Below the pieces are notes generated by a model. It was not told where the DNA came from. It saw only the letters and a program-made list of their open reading frames with translations, and did not search any database. The position numbers were made by a program, and so were the translations under genes. 58,317 bases of DNA from a virus (lineage: Duplodnaviria; Caudoviricetes), in the IMG/VR virus record IMGVR_UViG_3300002855_000234, positions 1 through 58,317 of that record. One strand, written 5' to 3'. This document shows, piece after piece, positions 9,437 to 17,807 of this stretch. Within the stretch, counting starts at the first letter, position 1. Each line of letters opens with the position of its first letter.

Positions 9437-9643
9437 TCAGTGAACCATTGGCTCGCCGCGCTCATTCAGCAGCACAACGACGGAATCACTTTTGATGATG
9501 GTTTTTTCGAAGATGTTGAAGGCGTACAGGCCTTTCTCAACGTTCGCAGAGGCGCGATAAGTTTTGCCATGGTGTTGCAGCATTGTGCCAGGTAAAACCT
9601 CGCTGCGTGGCACTGATGCGGTGCCGTAGTGCATTCCAATCAT
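9437..9643 (-). CDS. kil: KilR-like FtsZ inhibitor
   Basis: HYGT..VPR..V.PG....HHGKTYRASAN resembles Rac KilR. Confidence 0.75.
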   Translation of the reverse strand: MIGMHYGTASVPRSEVLPGTMLQHHGKTYRASANVEKGLYAFNIFEKTIIKSDSVVVLLNERGEPMVH

Positions 9644-9807
9644 ACCTTCACCTCAACCTGTTCCAGGAGACCAGCCAGCTTCATGTGCCAGCGGTTTAGT
9701 GTCAGCTTTTCACGCGGTGCCGATACAGACGTCAGCTGCCACTCGTTATCGTTGAGTTTTTTGGCGGTGTAGTGCTTTCCGTTGTGAGTGACTGTTTTGT
9801 TATTCAT
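9640..9807 (-). CDS. 55-aa hypothetical protein
   Basis: GAGGTG RBS; MNNKTVTHNGKHYTAKKLNDNEWQL; ATGA overlap with kil; read manually. Confidence 0.65.
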   Translation of the reverse strand: MNNKTVTHNGKHYTAKKLNDNEWQLTSVSAPREKLTLNRWHMKLAGLLEQVEVKV

Positions 9808-10324
9808 CACTCACCTCATCCAGACGCAACTTGATTACGGGGATCAGTGCCAGATAAATTTGAGCGCGCTTACTGTCTCCGTGTCGCTCTTTTACTGCCG
9901 ACTCGAACTCGTCGATCGTTCCTGAGAAACATCCTCGGCTCACAACAATTGAGTTATCTTTCTGTCGAAAAGCAGTCAGAAATCCATTCTCTGAACCAAT
10001 TGGGCCGATAGTGATCCAATGCGCATTGCCGTACACCCGCGCATTGCCGGACACCCGCGCATTGCCGGACACCCACGCATTGCCGGACACCCACGCATTG
10101 CCGGACACCCGCGCATTGCCGTACACCCACGCATTGCCGGACACCCGCGCATCGCCGTACACCCACGCATTGCCGGATTGATCCAGGTTGTTTTCTTTTT
10201 CCACCCAACCACCCAAATCACCTTCGGAAACATCGCCGAAAGAGACAACTGCACGAATGCGGAATAATTTTCTGCCGAAAAACTCTTTCGTTAATTCGGC
10301 GACGAGTTCGAATTTTTTAGTCAT
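9800..10324 (-). CDS. Hexapeptide-repeat (beta-helix) phage protein
   Basis: AAGGA RBS; GDLGGWVEKENNL followed by GNA[WR]V[SY] repeats. Confidence 0.8.
   Translation of the reverse strand: MTKKFELVAELTKEFFGRKLFRIRAVVSFGDVSEGDLGGWVEKENNLDQSGNAWVYGDARVSGNAWVYGNARVSGNAWVSGNAWVSGNARVSGNARVYGNAHWITIGPIGSENGFLTAFRQKDNSIVVSRGCFSGTIDEFESAVKERHGDSKRAQIYLALIPVIKLRLDEVSDE
10022..10174 (-). repeat. 18-bp coding tandem repeat, about 8.5 copies
   Basis: Unit GGCAATGCG[TC]GGGTGT[CA]C. Confidence 0.95.
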
Positions 10325-10449
10325 GGTTATTTCCTTGTGATGCCGATGACGTTCGGCTGACGGAACGAATAGGACTTCTGCGCTAATGGGCGGTGGATGG
10401 CCGCCGGTTGTCATAAATGGGCAGACTCGAAAATCTGCCTATGTATGGC

Positions 10450-10475
10450 CGATAAAAAACCCGCCGGAGCGGGTC
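10450..10475 (-). terminator. Intrinsic terminator in pL operon
   Basis: ACCCGC-TCCG-GCGGGT followed by a T run on the minus strand. Confidence 0.75.
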
Positions 10476-10674
10476 ATGACACTTTCTGTAGTGCCGATGT
10501 ACGTGGGTAGTAAAACTTCGGTTTCGCCGTCGACCCTTCCTTCGGATCAACTTTTACGGTGTAACGGGTTTGTTTTTTGTATTCCCACACTTCCGTAATC
10601 ACACCAGTTTTCGTCTTCCAACTGCCCGCGGCCTGGCTTGACCACGTAACAACATCTCCTTTCTTAAACTCCAT
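10474..10674 (-). CDS. Small SH3/KOW-like hypothetical protein
   Basis: GAGGG RBS; MEFKKGDVVTW. Confidence 0.7.
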   Translation of the reverse strand: MEFKKGDVVTWSSQAAGSWKTKTGVITEVWEYKKQTRYTVKVDPKEGSTAKPKFYYPRTSALQKVS

Positions 10675-10924
10675 CGCCTTACCCTCTGTCGTTACCCGCT
10701 GATGCGGGAGAAATGCTTTGGTCGGTGTGGTGTTTCGCACCTTGCTGGCCTATGCGAATGTCTATCCAGCCGCTTCCAGGTCGTTCCGAAGAACACACCA
10801 CACCCCAAAACATTTCAGTTAGTGCCGGGATATTTATCCGCGCCCGGCGCGCGCTCCCTTGCTTTCCACAGTCAAAGGAATGCCTTAGACTGATGTTTCC
10901 ACAGTCAAAAATAAGGATTTACTT

Positions 10925-11134
10925 ATGGCATTTAATGTCTTTTCTGGAGGAAGAACGGAGGAGTCTGTCGCTTATGATTTGGCTCTTACGCTTGCCTCTA
11001 AAGACCCGGCAATTATTACCCCGGAAGAGCTTATTCAACGCATCGCTGACTTGCTGCCAGTTTGCCGGGATGCAGCGAATAAAAAGTACAAAGATGAAGC
11101 ACCAAAGCCGTTTGGGATGGCTATAAAACGATAA
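10925..11134 (+). CDS. 69-aa moron gene antisense to pL operon
   Basis: TAAGGA RBS; own promoter-like region (TTTCCA-17-TAGACT). Confidence 0.7.
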   Translation: MAFNVFSGGRTEESVAYDLALTLASKDPAIITPEELIQRIADLLPVCRDAANKKYKDEAPKPFGMAIKR

Positions 11135-11294
11135 TTGAAGCAAGGGCAGCTTCCAGCGCTGCCTTTATCAATTTTTGGCGAAACCACAGATCATCCTCTT
11201 CTTTAAATTCCTGGCTCGCCGCCGCAAGTGCGGCATCAGCCGCCAGAATTACCTTACTGCCGCTCTTGAATGTTGGATTCTTTTTCTCGCTCAT
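11121..11294 (-). CDS. 57-aa first gene of pL operon
   Basis: GAGGT RBS; MSEKKNPTFKSG. Confidence 0.6.
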   Translation of the reverse strand: MSEKKNPTFKSGSKVILAADAALAAASQEFKEEDDLWFRQKLIKAALEAALASIIVL

Positions 11295-11490
11295 AACTAC
11301 CTCGCTGTTTGATTCGCCACAGGCCACTCGCAAATGACCTCTGGTGAATCCGCTCTGCAAATCGTTATGCCCTCCGCTTTGATCGCTATGCTGGCGTATG
11401 TCTTGCCTCGCCTGTAGCACCATCCATGATGTCGCAGGGAGCGATCGCACTGCGCAATGTCCGTCCGGTTTGCAGAGCCAATTCCCAATT

Positions 11491-11502
11491 TGTTAAAGAA
11501 GC
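11491..11502 (-). promoter_or_regulatory. boxA-like element (nutL)
   Basis: GCTTCTTTAACA downstream of pL, preceded by small hairpins. Confidence 0.6.
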
Positions 11503-11567
11503 AGGCGACTTGCTGTCCGCCGCTGGCTAACTTCGCTCAGCTGTCGATGTTTCGTTTCGATGGATTA

Positions 11568-11641
11568 AAGATACAGATAAAACTGTATTATCGTCAACAG
11601 ATAAAACTGTATTTCATGGCGTGCGAAACATATGTTTCTGT
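11568..11641 (-). promoter_or_regulatory. pL promoter with three OL operators
   Basis: TTGACG-18-TATCTT; ACAG-N6-CTGT at 11573-11586 and 11597-11610; one-mismatch copy at 11628-11641. Confidence 0.85.
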
Positions 11642-11670
11642 ATTTGTGGGTAATTTATTTTGTAAGGACG

Positions 11671-11695
11671 AAAAAAAACCGGCATTAGCCGGTTT
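11671..11695 (-). terminator. Terminator after cI
   Basis: ACCGGC-TAAT-GCCGGT followed by a T run. Confidence 0.75.
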
Positions 11696-11718
11696 GTTCT
11701 GATGTTTGAGAGGGGGAT

Positions 11719-12351
11719 TTAGCGTTTGCGGCGGTAAATGCGGTGCTCAATCATTACACCGATGATGGTTAAAGGCTGGTGATCGCTGTTAATGACAGGG
11801 TAATCATCATTGAGTGGGACCAGTTCAAAGTGCTGGCAGCCGAGAGGGTCTATCCATGTCGGGCGGTATTTCTTAAAAGTCGCCTGTGTTCCGCCGTTCT
11901 TCGCTACAACAAATTCGCCAGGGGTTGGCTCAACCTCAGGATCGACAATAATAACGTCACCAGCTTTGAAGTCAGGCTCCATTGAGTCGCCTTCAATGCG
12001 CAACGCAAAAGTGTGCTGGGACACATCCAGATCAGTGAGGATGTATTCAAGGCTTCCATCGAAAGCCTCGATAGGGTTTTTCTCAGCCAGTGCTCCTGCC
12101 TGTACGTAGCTTATCAACGGAACTCTCCTGCTGTTGACCTCTGCCATCGGCATAAACGCGCCGCCGTTCATTAGCCAATCAGCATCGCATTTAAGCGCCT
12201 TGGCTATTCCAATTATATTACGTGGCTTGAGAGTTTTCCCATCTTCAATGCTCTGCCATGACTGCTGCCGGATACCGGCCTTCTCAGCAGCTTCTGTCTG
12301 GGTTAATCCCAGCTCAATTCTTTTTTGTTTAACGCGATCCGCAAGGCTCAT
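11719..12351 (-). CDS. cI: CI repressor (HTH + S24 autopeptidase)
   Basis: 434-like HTH; VQAG cleavage site, GDSM Ser, TFKK Lys. Confidence 0.95.
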   Translation of the reverse strand: MSLADRVKQKRIELGLTQTEAAEKAGIRQQSWQSIEDGKTLKPRNIIGIAKALKCDADWLMNGGAFMPMAEVNSRRVPLISYVQAGALAEKNPIEAFDGSLEYILTDLDVSQHTFALRIEGDSMEPDFKAGDVIIVDPEVEPTPGEFVVAKNGGTQATFKKYRPTWIDPLGCQHFELVPLNDDYPVINSDHQPLTIIGVMIEHRIYRRKR

Positions 12352-12381
12352 AAATCTCTCTCTCTGTATGCCTTGATAGTC

Positions 12382-12440
12382 ACAGTTAAAACTGTAATTG
12401 ACAAACAGAAATAACTGTCACAGAATACAGATAAAACTGT
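12382..12440 (+). promoter_or_regulatory. pR promoter with three OR operators
   Basis: ACAG-N6-CTGT at 12382-12395, 12405-12418, 12427-12440; TTGACA(12398)-17-CAGAAT. Confidence 0.88.
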
Positions 12441-12455
12441 GGGGGGGGGGGTGAT

Positions 12456-12677
12456 ATGGAAACAATTTCTCAACGCCTCAAGCAAAAACGTGAAGAGATG
12501 AATCTGTCTCAGGACCAGTTAGCAAAACTGGCTGGTATGAAACAGCAATCACTTCAGGCCATCGAGGCCGGGACTACTAAGCGTCCACGTTATTTGGTTG
12601 AGCTGGCTCGGGCTCTCAAATGTGAACCTGAATGGCTTCTTTTTGGCGATGAGCCGAATAAAACAACAGCCGCTTAA
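12456..12677 (+). CDS. cro: Cro repressor (434-like)
   Basis: QQSLQAIEAGTTKRPR HTH; divergent from cI. Confidence 0.93.
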   Translation: METISQRLKQKREEMNLSQDQLAKLAGMKQQSLQAIEAGTTKRPRYLVELARALKCEPEWLLFGDEPNKTTAA

Positions 12678-12706
12678 CGGCGGCTTTAACAACGAAAGGG
12701 AAAGCA

Positions 12707-13249
12707 ATGCATTCACTTGCGTATCAACATAATACCGGAATACACCCGGGAGCGATGATAAACCGCGCTCAAGCTAAGGCGGCGCCAGTCCACGAAAGGA
12801 TCCGTGATGCGGTCCGGGCATGGTCGTCGGCGCTGGACAATCAGGACGTCGTCTCGGCATTGATCATCAACGAATACCGGGAGCAGGGCGGGACTGCCAT
12901 CAGCTTCCCGGAAGATATCAGCCGGGCGCGCCAGAAGCTCTTTCGCTTTCTGGATAATCGGTTCGACTCCGACCAATACCGCGAGAACGTTCGCGAGCTG
13001 ACGCCAGCAATTATGGCCGTTCTTCCGCTTGAGTACCGCAACCGTCTGGCGCCGCAGAACGACACGATGTCGCTCATAGCAACAGCCATGAAGGAATGTT
13101 CAGAAGCAAAGCAAGCCGTTCTCCTGAACGCGCCAGAGCACCAGAAGCTGAAAGAGGTAAGCGAAGGTATAGCGTCGCTGTTCCGCCTCATGCCGGAGCA
13201 GGTAGGCCCGCTGATGACGATGGTGACGTCGATGCTGGGGGTTATGTGA
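12707..13249 (+). CDS. cII: CII-position regulator (YdaT/phi80 CII-like)
   Basis: IRDAVRAW, RQKLFRFLD; lies between cro and O. Confidence 0.75.
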   Translation: MHSLAYQHNTGIHPGAMINRAQAKAAPVHERIRDAVRAWSSALDNQDVVSALIINEYREQGGTAISFPEDISRARQKLFRFLDNRFDSDQYRENVRELTPAIMAVLPLEYRNRLAPQNDTMSLIATAMKECSEAKQAVLLNAPEHQKLKEVSEGIASLFRLMPEQVGPLMTMVTSMLGVM

Positions 13250-13335
13250 GAGGTACAGAAATGGCGAAAGCCGGTCTGCGCGAACAGAACCGACTTTCAG
13301 GTGCAAATCGTTGCGTACTCATTGCAGGAGGAATA

Positions 13336-13482
13336 ATGGCAAAAAATACACGTCATTGCCATACCGATGAACACAAAAACATTACCCGCGCTCGTTTTAT
13401 CCGCACCGTAAACCCGGCAGTGGCAGAAAAGATGCGCGCGATCCTGGAAGAGCTGAAACGTAAGGAGAATGAACGTGGGTAA
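13336..13482 (+). CDS. 48-aa hypothetical protein
   Basis: AGGAGG RBS; overlaps O start. Confidence 0.65.
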   Translation: MAKNTRHCHTDEHKNITRARFIRTVNPAVAEKMRAILEELKRKENERG

Positions 13483-14371
13483 CGTATCTAATTTAGCCGA
13501 AGCCAGAGAGGCCAGAAGGCTCCAGCAACCGCGTCAAAACAGCGGTAAGGGGTTTGCCTTGCTGCACCGTAAAATTATGGATGTGCCGTTCTACAAGGAT
13601 GCTGAGGCGTCGCATCTATGGGTTCACCTGATACTCAAAGCCAAACATGCCCCGGAGGTAGTCCTAACTGACCTTGGCGAAAAGGTGGTAGGTCGTGGGC
13701 AGTTGCTTAGTGGGCGAAATTCACTTGCATTTGAAACCGGATTAAAGCCCGATCGCGTTCAGTATCTGCTCAGGAAGTTCCAGAAACTTGGAATGGTTAG
13801 CTGGATTTCACACGGTAAATTCTCTGTTTTTACCATCGTGAAATATGACGATTATCAGTCAAATTCTGTACCAGCAGATTACCAGCAAATTACCAGCGCA
13901 AAGCCAGATGTGGCGCAGCCTGTGTCGAATAGTGTACCAGCAGATTACCAGCAAATTACCACAGATAAAGAAGTTAATAATATCTCTTCTACTAACGTAG
14001 AAGAGAGTGCATCAGAAACACAAAAATCAGAGCAGAAAAAACCGTCTCTCAGTTGTGAGCAGGTAGTCGAGGTTTATCACCGTGTGCTTCCCGAAGCTCA
14101 GGGCATACGAATCCTGACTGACAAGCGCCGTAGCATGATCCGCACCTTCTGGAAAAAAGCTGCTGCTGCCAACCGCCAGGTCGGCGGCTCAGGATTCAAC
14201 CTGGCGGACTGGGAAGCATATCTGAACTACATCGCCACCAATTGCCGCTGGATGCTGGAGAACCGTCCAGACCAGCGCACCGGTCGCACATGGCGCCGCA
14301 AATCTCTCGAATATTTCCTGAACGTGGATGTGTACGCCAGGACACGCGAGGGGGCATGCGATGACCTCTGA
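13469..14371 (+). CDS. Replication initiator (O-like)
   Basis: GFALLHRKI, LWVHLILKA wHTH; internal iterons; upstream of helicase. Confidence 0.88.
   Translation: MNVGNVSNLAEAREARRLQQPRQNSGKGFALLHRKIMDVPFYKDAEASHLWVHLILKAKHAPEVVLTDLGEKVVGRGQLLSGRNSLAFETGLKPDRVQYLLRKFQKLGMVSWISHGKFSVFTIVKYDDYQSNSVPADYQQITSAKPDVAQPVSNSVPADYQQITTDKEVNNISSTNVEESASETQKSEQKKPSLSCEQVVEVYHRVLPEAQGIRILTDKRRSMIRTFWKKAAAANRQVGGSGFNLADWEAYLNYIATNCRWMLENRPDQRTGRTWRRKSLEYFLNVDVYARTREGACDDL
13867..13990. repeat. Probable replication origin (iterons plus AT-rich tract)
   Basis: TGTACCAGCAGATTACCAGCAAATTACCA at 13867 and 13933, built from TACCAGCA subrepeats. Confidence 0.8.
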
Positions 14372-16784
14372 AATCATGACCATACCTCATAACCTCGAAG
14401 CAGAGCAGAGCGTAATTGGCGGGCTGCTGCTGGATGACGACAGCAGTGAGCGAGTGCAAAAGGTGCTTTCCATCCTGAAGCCGGAATCGTTCTACGTGCG
14501 AGCGCATCAGGTTCTGTTTGCTGAAATGCGTGAAATGTTCCGCGACAACAAGCCGGTTGATGGTCTGACGTTGTTCGACGTGCTGGAAAGCAAAGGACTG
14601 ACGGTGCAGGTAGGTGGGTTTGCATACCTTGCTGAAATCGCCAAGAACACGCCGAGCGCTGCAAACATCGTGGCCTATGCCATGTCAGTTCGTGAAGCTG
14701 CAATGGAACGCTACGGTATCCAGCGTATGACCGAAGCTACGGAGTTGCTTTATGCACGCAACGGTATGACGGCCACGCAGAAGTACGAGGCCATTCAGTC
14801 GATATTCACGCAGATGTCAGATCATGCGAAAACGGGTTCCCGTCGCGGCGCCAGAGCGTTATCCGATGTTCTGGAGGACTGGGTTGAAGAGCTGGAGATG
14901 CGTTTTGATCCGAAACAACGCTCCCGTGGACTGTCTACTGGAATAGCGTCGCTTGACGCACTGTTGCAGCCAAAAGGCCTTGTCCGCGGCTCTCTTCTGG
15001 TCATCGGTGCTCGCCCAAAAATGGGGAAAGCAATGGCCTTGGACGCAAAAATTCTTTTGCAGGATGGGTCTTGGATAACGCATGGGGAAATCAAAGTGGG
15101 GCAACAAGTTGCATCTGTTGATGGACGCGCCTCAATGGTTACTGGGGCATTTCCTCAGGGAGTCCGCAAAATGTATCAAGTCACATTTGAGGATGGACGC
15201 ACCGTTAAGGCGGCCGACTCTCACCTTTGGGAGATACGCTCGTCGAAATTTGAAGGTAATCGTGTAGTGGATACTGAAAAGTTAGAAGCGATGCTTAAGA
15301 TGGTGAGGTACCAAGGAAGGCTGCGCATTCCGTCGCTGTCAGGTGATTTTGGCTCATCAACCGATCACGTCGACGGGTGGGTGTTAGGTGCTCTCCTTGG
15401 TGATGGTTCTTTAACCAAAAGCGTCAAGTTCACTAACTCAGAAGACTATGTTCTGTCTCGCATGGCGGCTAGCGTATTTCCACTGAACCTCCGCCATGTT
15501 GGCGGGAATGATTACACCGTAACGCATCATCGTGGTTGTAAAAACCCTCTCCTCGAGAGATTGAGAGAGTACGGCTTGGTGGGGAAAACTGCGCAGGATA
15601 AAGAAATCCCAGAGTCTATTTTCAGCGCAGGAAAAGCCACTCGGATCGGCGTATTGGTTGGACTACTCGAGACTGATGGCTGGGTTGAAAAATTCGGCTG
15701 CATTAGATTCTCTTCGGCCAGCAAGAAGCTTTCGCAAGGGGTGGTAAAGCTTGTTCATTCTCTCGGTGGAACAGCCAGGGAAACAACTCGAACCGATATT
15801 TCATACACCTACAAGGGAAAAACTCTTCATGGCTTAGATGCGCAAATGGTCAGCATGAAGCTGCCTGATGAAATTCTTGAACACATTAAGTCACCGAGGA
15901 TCCGTGCAAATCTTGGTATGAATCGTCTTGGAAACCGTGGTGTTGGTATTAAATCAGTTATTGAGATCGAGCCGGAAGAGTGCCTTTGCATCATGGTGTC
16001 TCACCCCCGGCACCTCTATGTCACAGATGACTATATCGTGACCCACAACACCACTCTGTACAGCCAGTTAGCTATCAACTGCGCGCTTAACGAAGAACTC
16101 CCGGCTGTTCTGTTTAGTCTGGAAATGCCTGACAAGCAGATATTCGAGCGAATGATAGGGCAGTTGTCAGGTGTTAACACTGACATTTTCTATCGTGGTG
16201 CTGACAGTGACACTGAATTTGCTCACGCCAACGCAAGAGCAATGCAGATGGTAGAGAGCGGTAACTTTTTTATCGACGACACGCCGGGCGCCAGTCTTTC
16301 ACACATCGTGGCCGAATCTCGCCGAATTAAACGGGAACGCGGATCTGTTGGCATGGTTCTGGTCGACTACCTGACGCTCATGACCGCAGAAAAAGCCGAC
16401 CGTAACGACCTGGCCTACGGGATGATCACTAAAGGGCTGAAAAACCTTGCCAAAGAGCTTGATTGCGTCGTTGTGCTACTGACGCAGCTTAACCGCGACC
16501 TTGAAAAACGCACCAATAAACGTCCTCTGCCGAGCGATTCCCGCGACACAGGACAGATTGAGCAGGACTGCGATTACTGGGTTGGTATCCACCGGGAGGG
16601 TGCTTTCGATGACAGCGTGCCACCGGGCGAAACGGAGTTAATACTGCGGCTGAATCGCCATGGCAGCACCGGCAGGGTTTATTGCAATCAGCTCAACGGG
16701 GCAATTCACGACACTGACCAGCATGCAGCCGCCGCAGAACGCCGAGGGCGTGAGCAGCAGCCGAAAAAGAAAGGGGGATTCTGA
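14361..16784 (+). CDS. dnaB: DnaB-family replicative helicase containing an intein
   Basis: PHNLEAEQSVIG, GARPKMGK/T P-loop split by intein, FSLEM, VDYL, QLNR, IEQDCD. Confidence 0.96.
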   Translation: MTSEIMTIPHNLEAEQSVIGGLLLDDDSSERVQKVLSILKPESFYVRAHQVLFAEMREMFRDNKPVDGLTLFDVLESKGLTVQVGGFAYLAEIAKNTPSAANIVAYAMSVREAAMERYGIQRMTEATELLYARNGMTATQKYEAIQSIFTQMSDHAKTGSRRGARALSDVLEDWVEELEMRFDPKQRSRGLSTGIASLDALLQPKGLVRGSLLVIGARPKMGKAMALDAKILLQDGSWITHGEIKVGQQVASVDGRASMVTGAFPQGVRKMYQVTFEDGRTVKAADSHLWEIRSSKFEGNRVVDTEKLEAMLKMVRYQGRLRIPSLSGDFGSSTDHVDGWVLGALLGDGSLTKSVKFTNSEDYVLSRMAASVFPLNLRHVGGNDYTVTHHRGCKNPLLERLREYGLVGKTAQDKEIPESIFSAGKATRIGVLVGLLETDGWVEKFGCIRFSSASKKLSQGVVKLVHSLGGTARETTRTDISYTYKGKTLHGLDAQMVSMKLPDEILEHIKSPRIRANLGMNRLGNRGVGIKSVIEIEPEECLCIMVSHPRHLYVTDDYIVTHNTTLYSQLAINCALNEELPAVLFSLEMPDKQIFERMIGQLSGVNTDIFYRGADSDTEFAHANARAMQMVESGNFFIDDTPGASLSHIVAESRRIKRERGSVGMVLVDYLTLMTAEKADRNDLAYGMITKGLKNLAKELDCVVVLLTQLNRDLEKRTNKRPLPSDSRDTGQIEQDCDYWVGIHREGAFDDSVPPGETELILRLNRHGSTGRVYCNQLNGAIHDTDQHAAAAERRGREQQPKKKGGF
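15030..16049 (+). mobile_element. 340-aa class 3 intein with LAGLIDADG endonuclease
   Basis: Starts Ala (AMALDAKI); SHLW, CLCIMV, VTHN/T; LGALLGDG and LVGLLETDG. Confidence 0.92.
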
Positions 16785-17125
16785 TGACCATAACAATCCG
16801 TGAGCAGGTGCTGGCAGCCCTGCGTAATAACCCAGGCCTGAACAGTGCTCGTATTGCCAGCATGATCGGCATGACGACCAAAAAGATTTCCGGCCCGCTA
16901 AGCACATTGTTTGCAGACGGCCTGATCGAGTTCGAAGGCAAGCACGGCCAGCGGCTTTATCGGTTGACCAACTACGGCATGAAATACGCACCGGAAACCA
17001 TACCGGCCATGCCGAAGGGGAAGTCGAAGCTGGTTCAGCGTACAGAAACGAACGTTATCTGCCAGGAGTGCCGGAACAGTCCGGCGATGAAGCGAATTTT
17101 AAGCGTATACGGGGTGATGGCATGA
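16784..17125 (+). CDS. Winged-HTH phage protein
   Basis: VLAALRNNPGLNSARIASMIG. Confidence 0.75.
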   Translation: MTITIREQVLAALRNNPGLNSARIASMIGMTTKKISGPLSTLFADGLIEFEGKHGQRLYRLTNYGMKYAPETIPAMPKGKSKLVQRTETNVICQECRNSPAMKRILSVYGVMA

Positions 17126-17598
17126 AACCAACGGTAGAAACAAAAATCATTGAGGTAGTGAAGTTAGGGCATGAGCTGGCGAAAGAACTGCATTGTGCTG
17201 AGTCTGCCGCGCTGGTGCGTGAGCTGGCTACGCAGCTTGATGTGCAGTTTTCCCGTAGCAATGCGCTAGACGCAAAGCTGAGTATGATTAACGGCCTCAT
17301 GGACGCTGCTGAACAGGCCAACAAACTGGCACAAGAAGCAACGGGAAAACTAGTACAGGAGCGTGATGCGCTGGCTGCGGAGAATGCGGGGCTGAAGGCT
17401 GCAAATGAAGAAGGCTGTAGGTGGGATGGAGAGCAATGGGTTGGACTGTCCAATGAAACCCCAGCTACCGACGCTTTCCTGGCTGAAGTGCAGGCCAGCG
17501 GTGTGGAGATGGCAGCTAAAAGCGAACAATTTTCCACGTGGGTGCAACAGGGTCTGCGTAGTTTCGCCATCGGCGTTCGCCAGGGAGTGCAGTCATGA
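17122..17598 (+). CDS. Ead/Ea22-like coiled-coil protein
   Basis: ALAAENAGLK, ETPATDAFLAEV. Confidence 0.75.
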   Translation: MKPTVETKIIEVVKLGHELAKELHCAESAALVRELATQLDVQFSRSNALDAKLSMINGLMDAAEQANKLAQEATGKLVQERDALAAENAGLKAANEEGCRWDGEQWVGLSNETPATDAFLAEVQASGVEMAAKSEQFSTWVQQGLRSFAIGVRQGVQS

Positions 17599-17807
17599 GC
17601 AAACCAACCGATGAACAAATCATTCAGGTGCTGGCTGATTACGGAAACTGCATGACCTATTTCGTGACCAACGTTCTCCGCCGCAAATATTGGCCCCTTG
17701 ATACCGCATATATCTTGCGACGCCTGAAGAAGTTAGAGGCGGCTGGCAAAGTTCGCCGCGTTAAAAGTAGCTACGTAGTCCAAATCTGCTGGGAGGCCGC
17801 CCAATGA
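17595..17807 (+). CDS. Small hypothetical protein
   Basis: ATGA-coupled ORF. Confidence 0.7.
   Translation: MSKPTDEQIIQVLADYGNCMTYFVTNVLRRKYWPLDTAYILRRLKKLEAAGKVRRVKSSYVVQICWEAAQ

Noticed and set aside
9954-10267. Repeat ORFs in other frames (VRQCVG, PAMRGC, HPRIAG) and CRISPR-like look
   Set aside because: Shadows of an 18-bp coding repeat; no spacers, leader or cas genes
11297-11488. 63-aa ORF as antiterminator N
   Set aside because: TTG start without RBS, no arginine-rich motif, and it lies within an RNA stem
11573-12440. ACAG/CTGT motifs as LexA boxes
   Set aside because: Orientation and spacing (ACAG-N6-CTGT) fit 434-type CI/Cro operators, not CTGT-N8-ACAG
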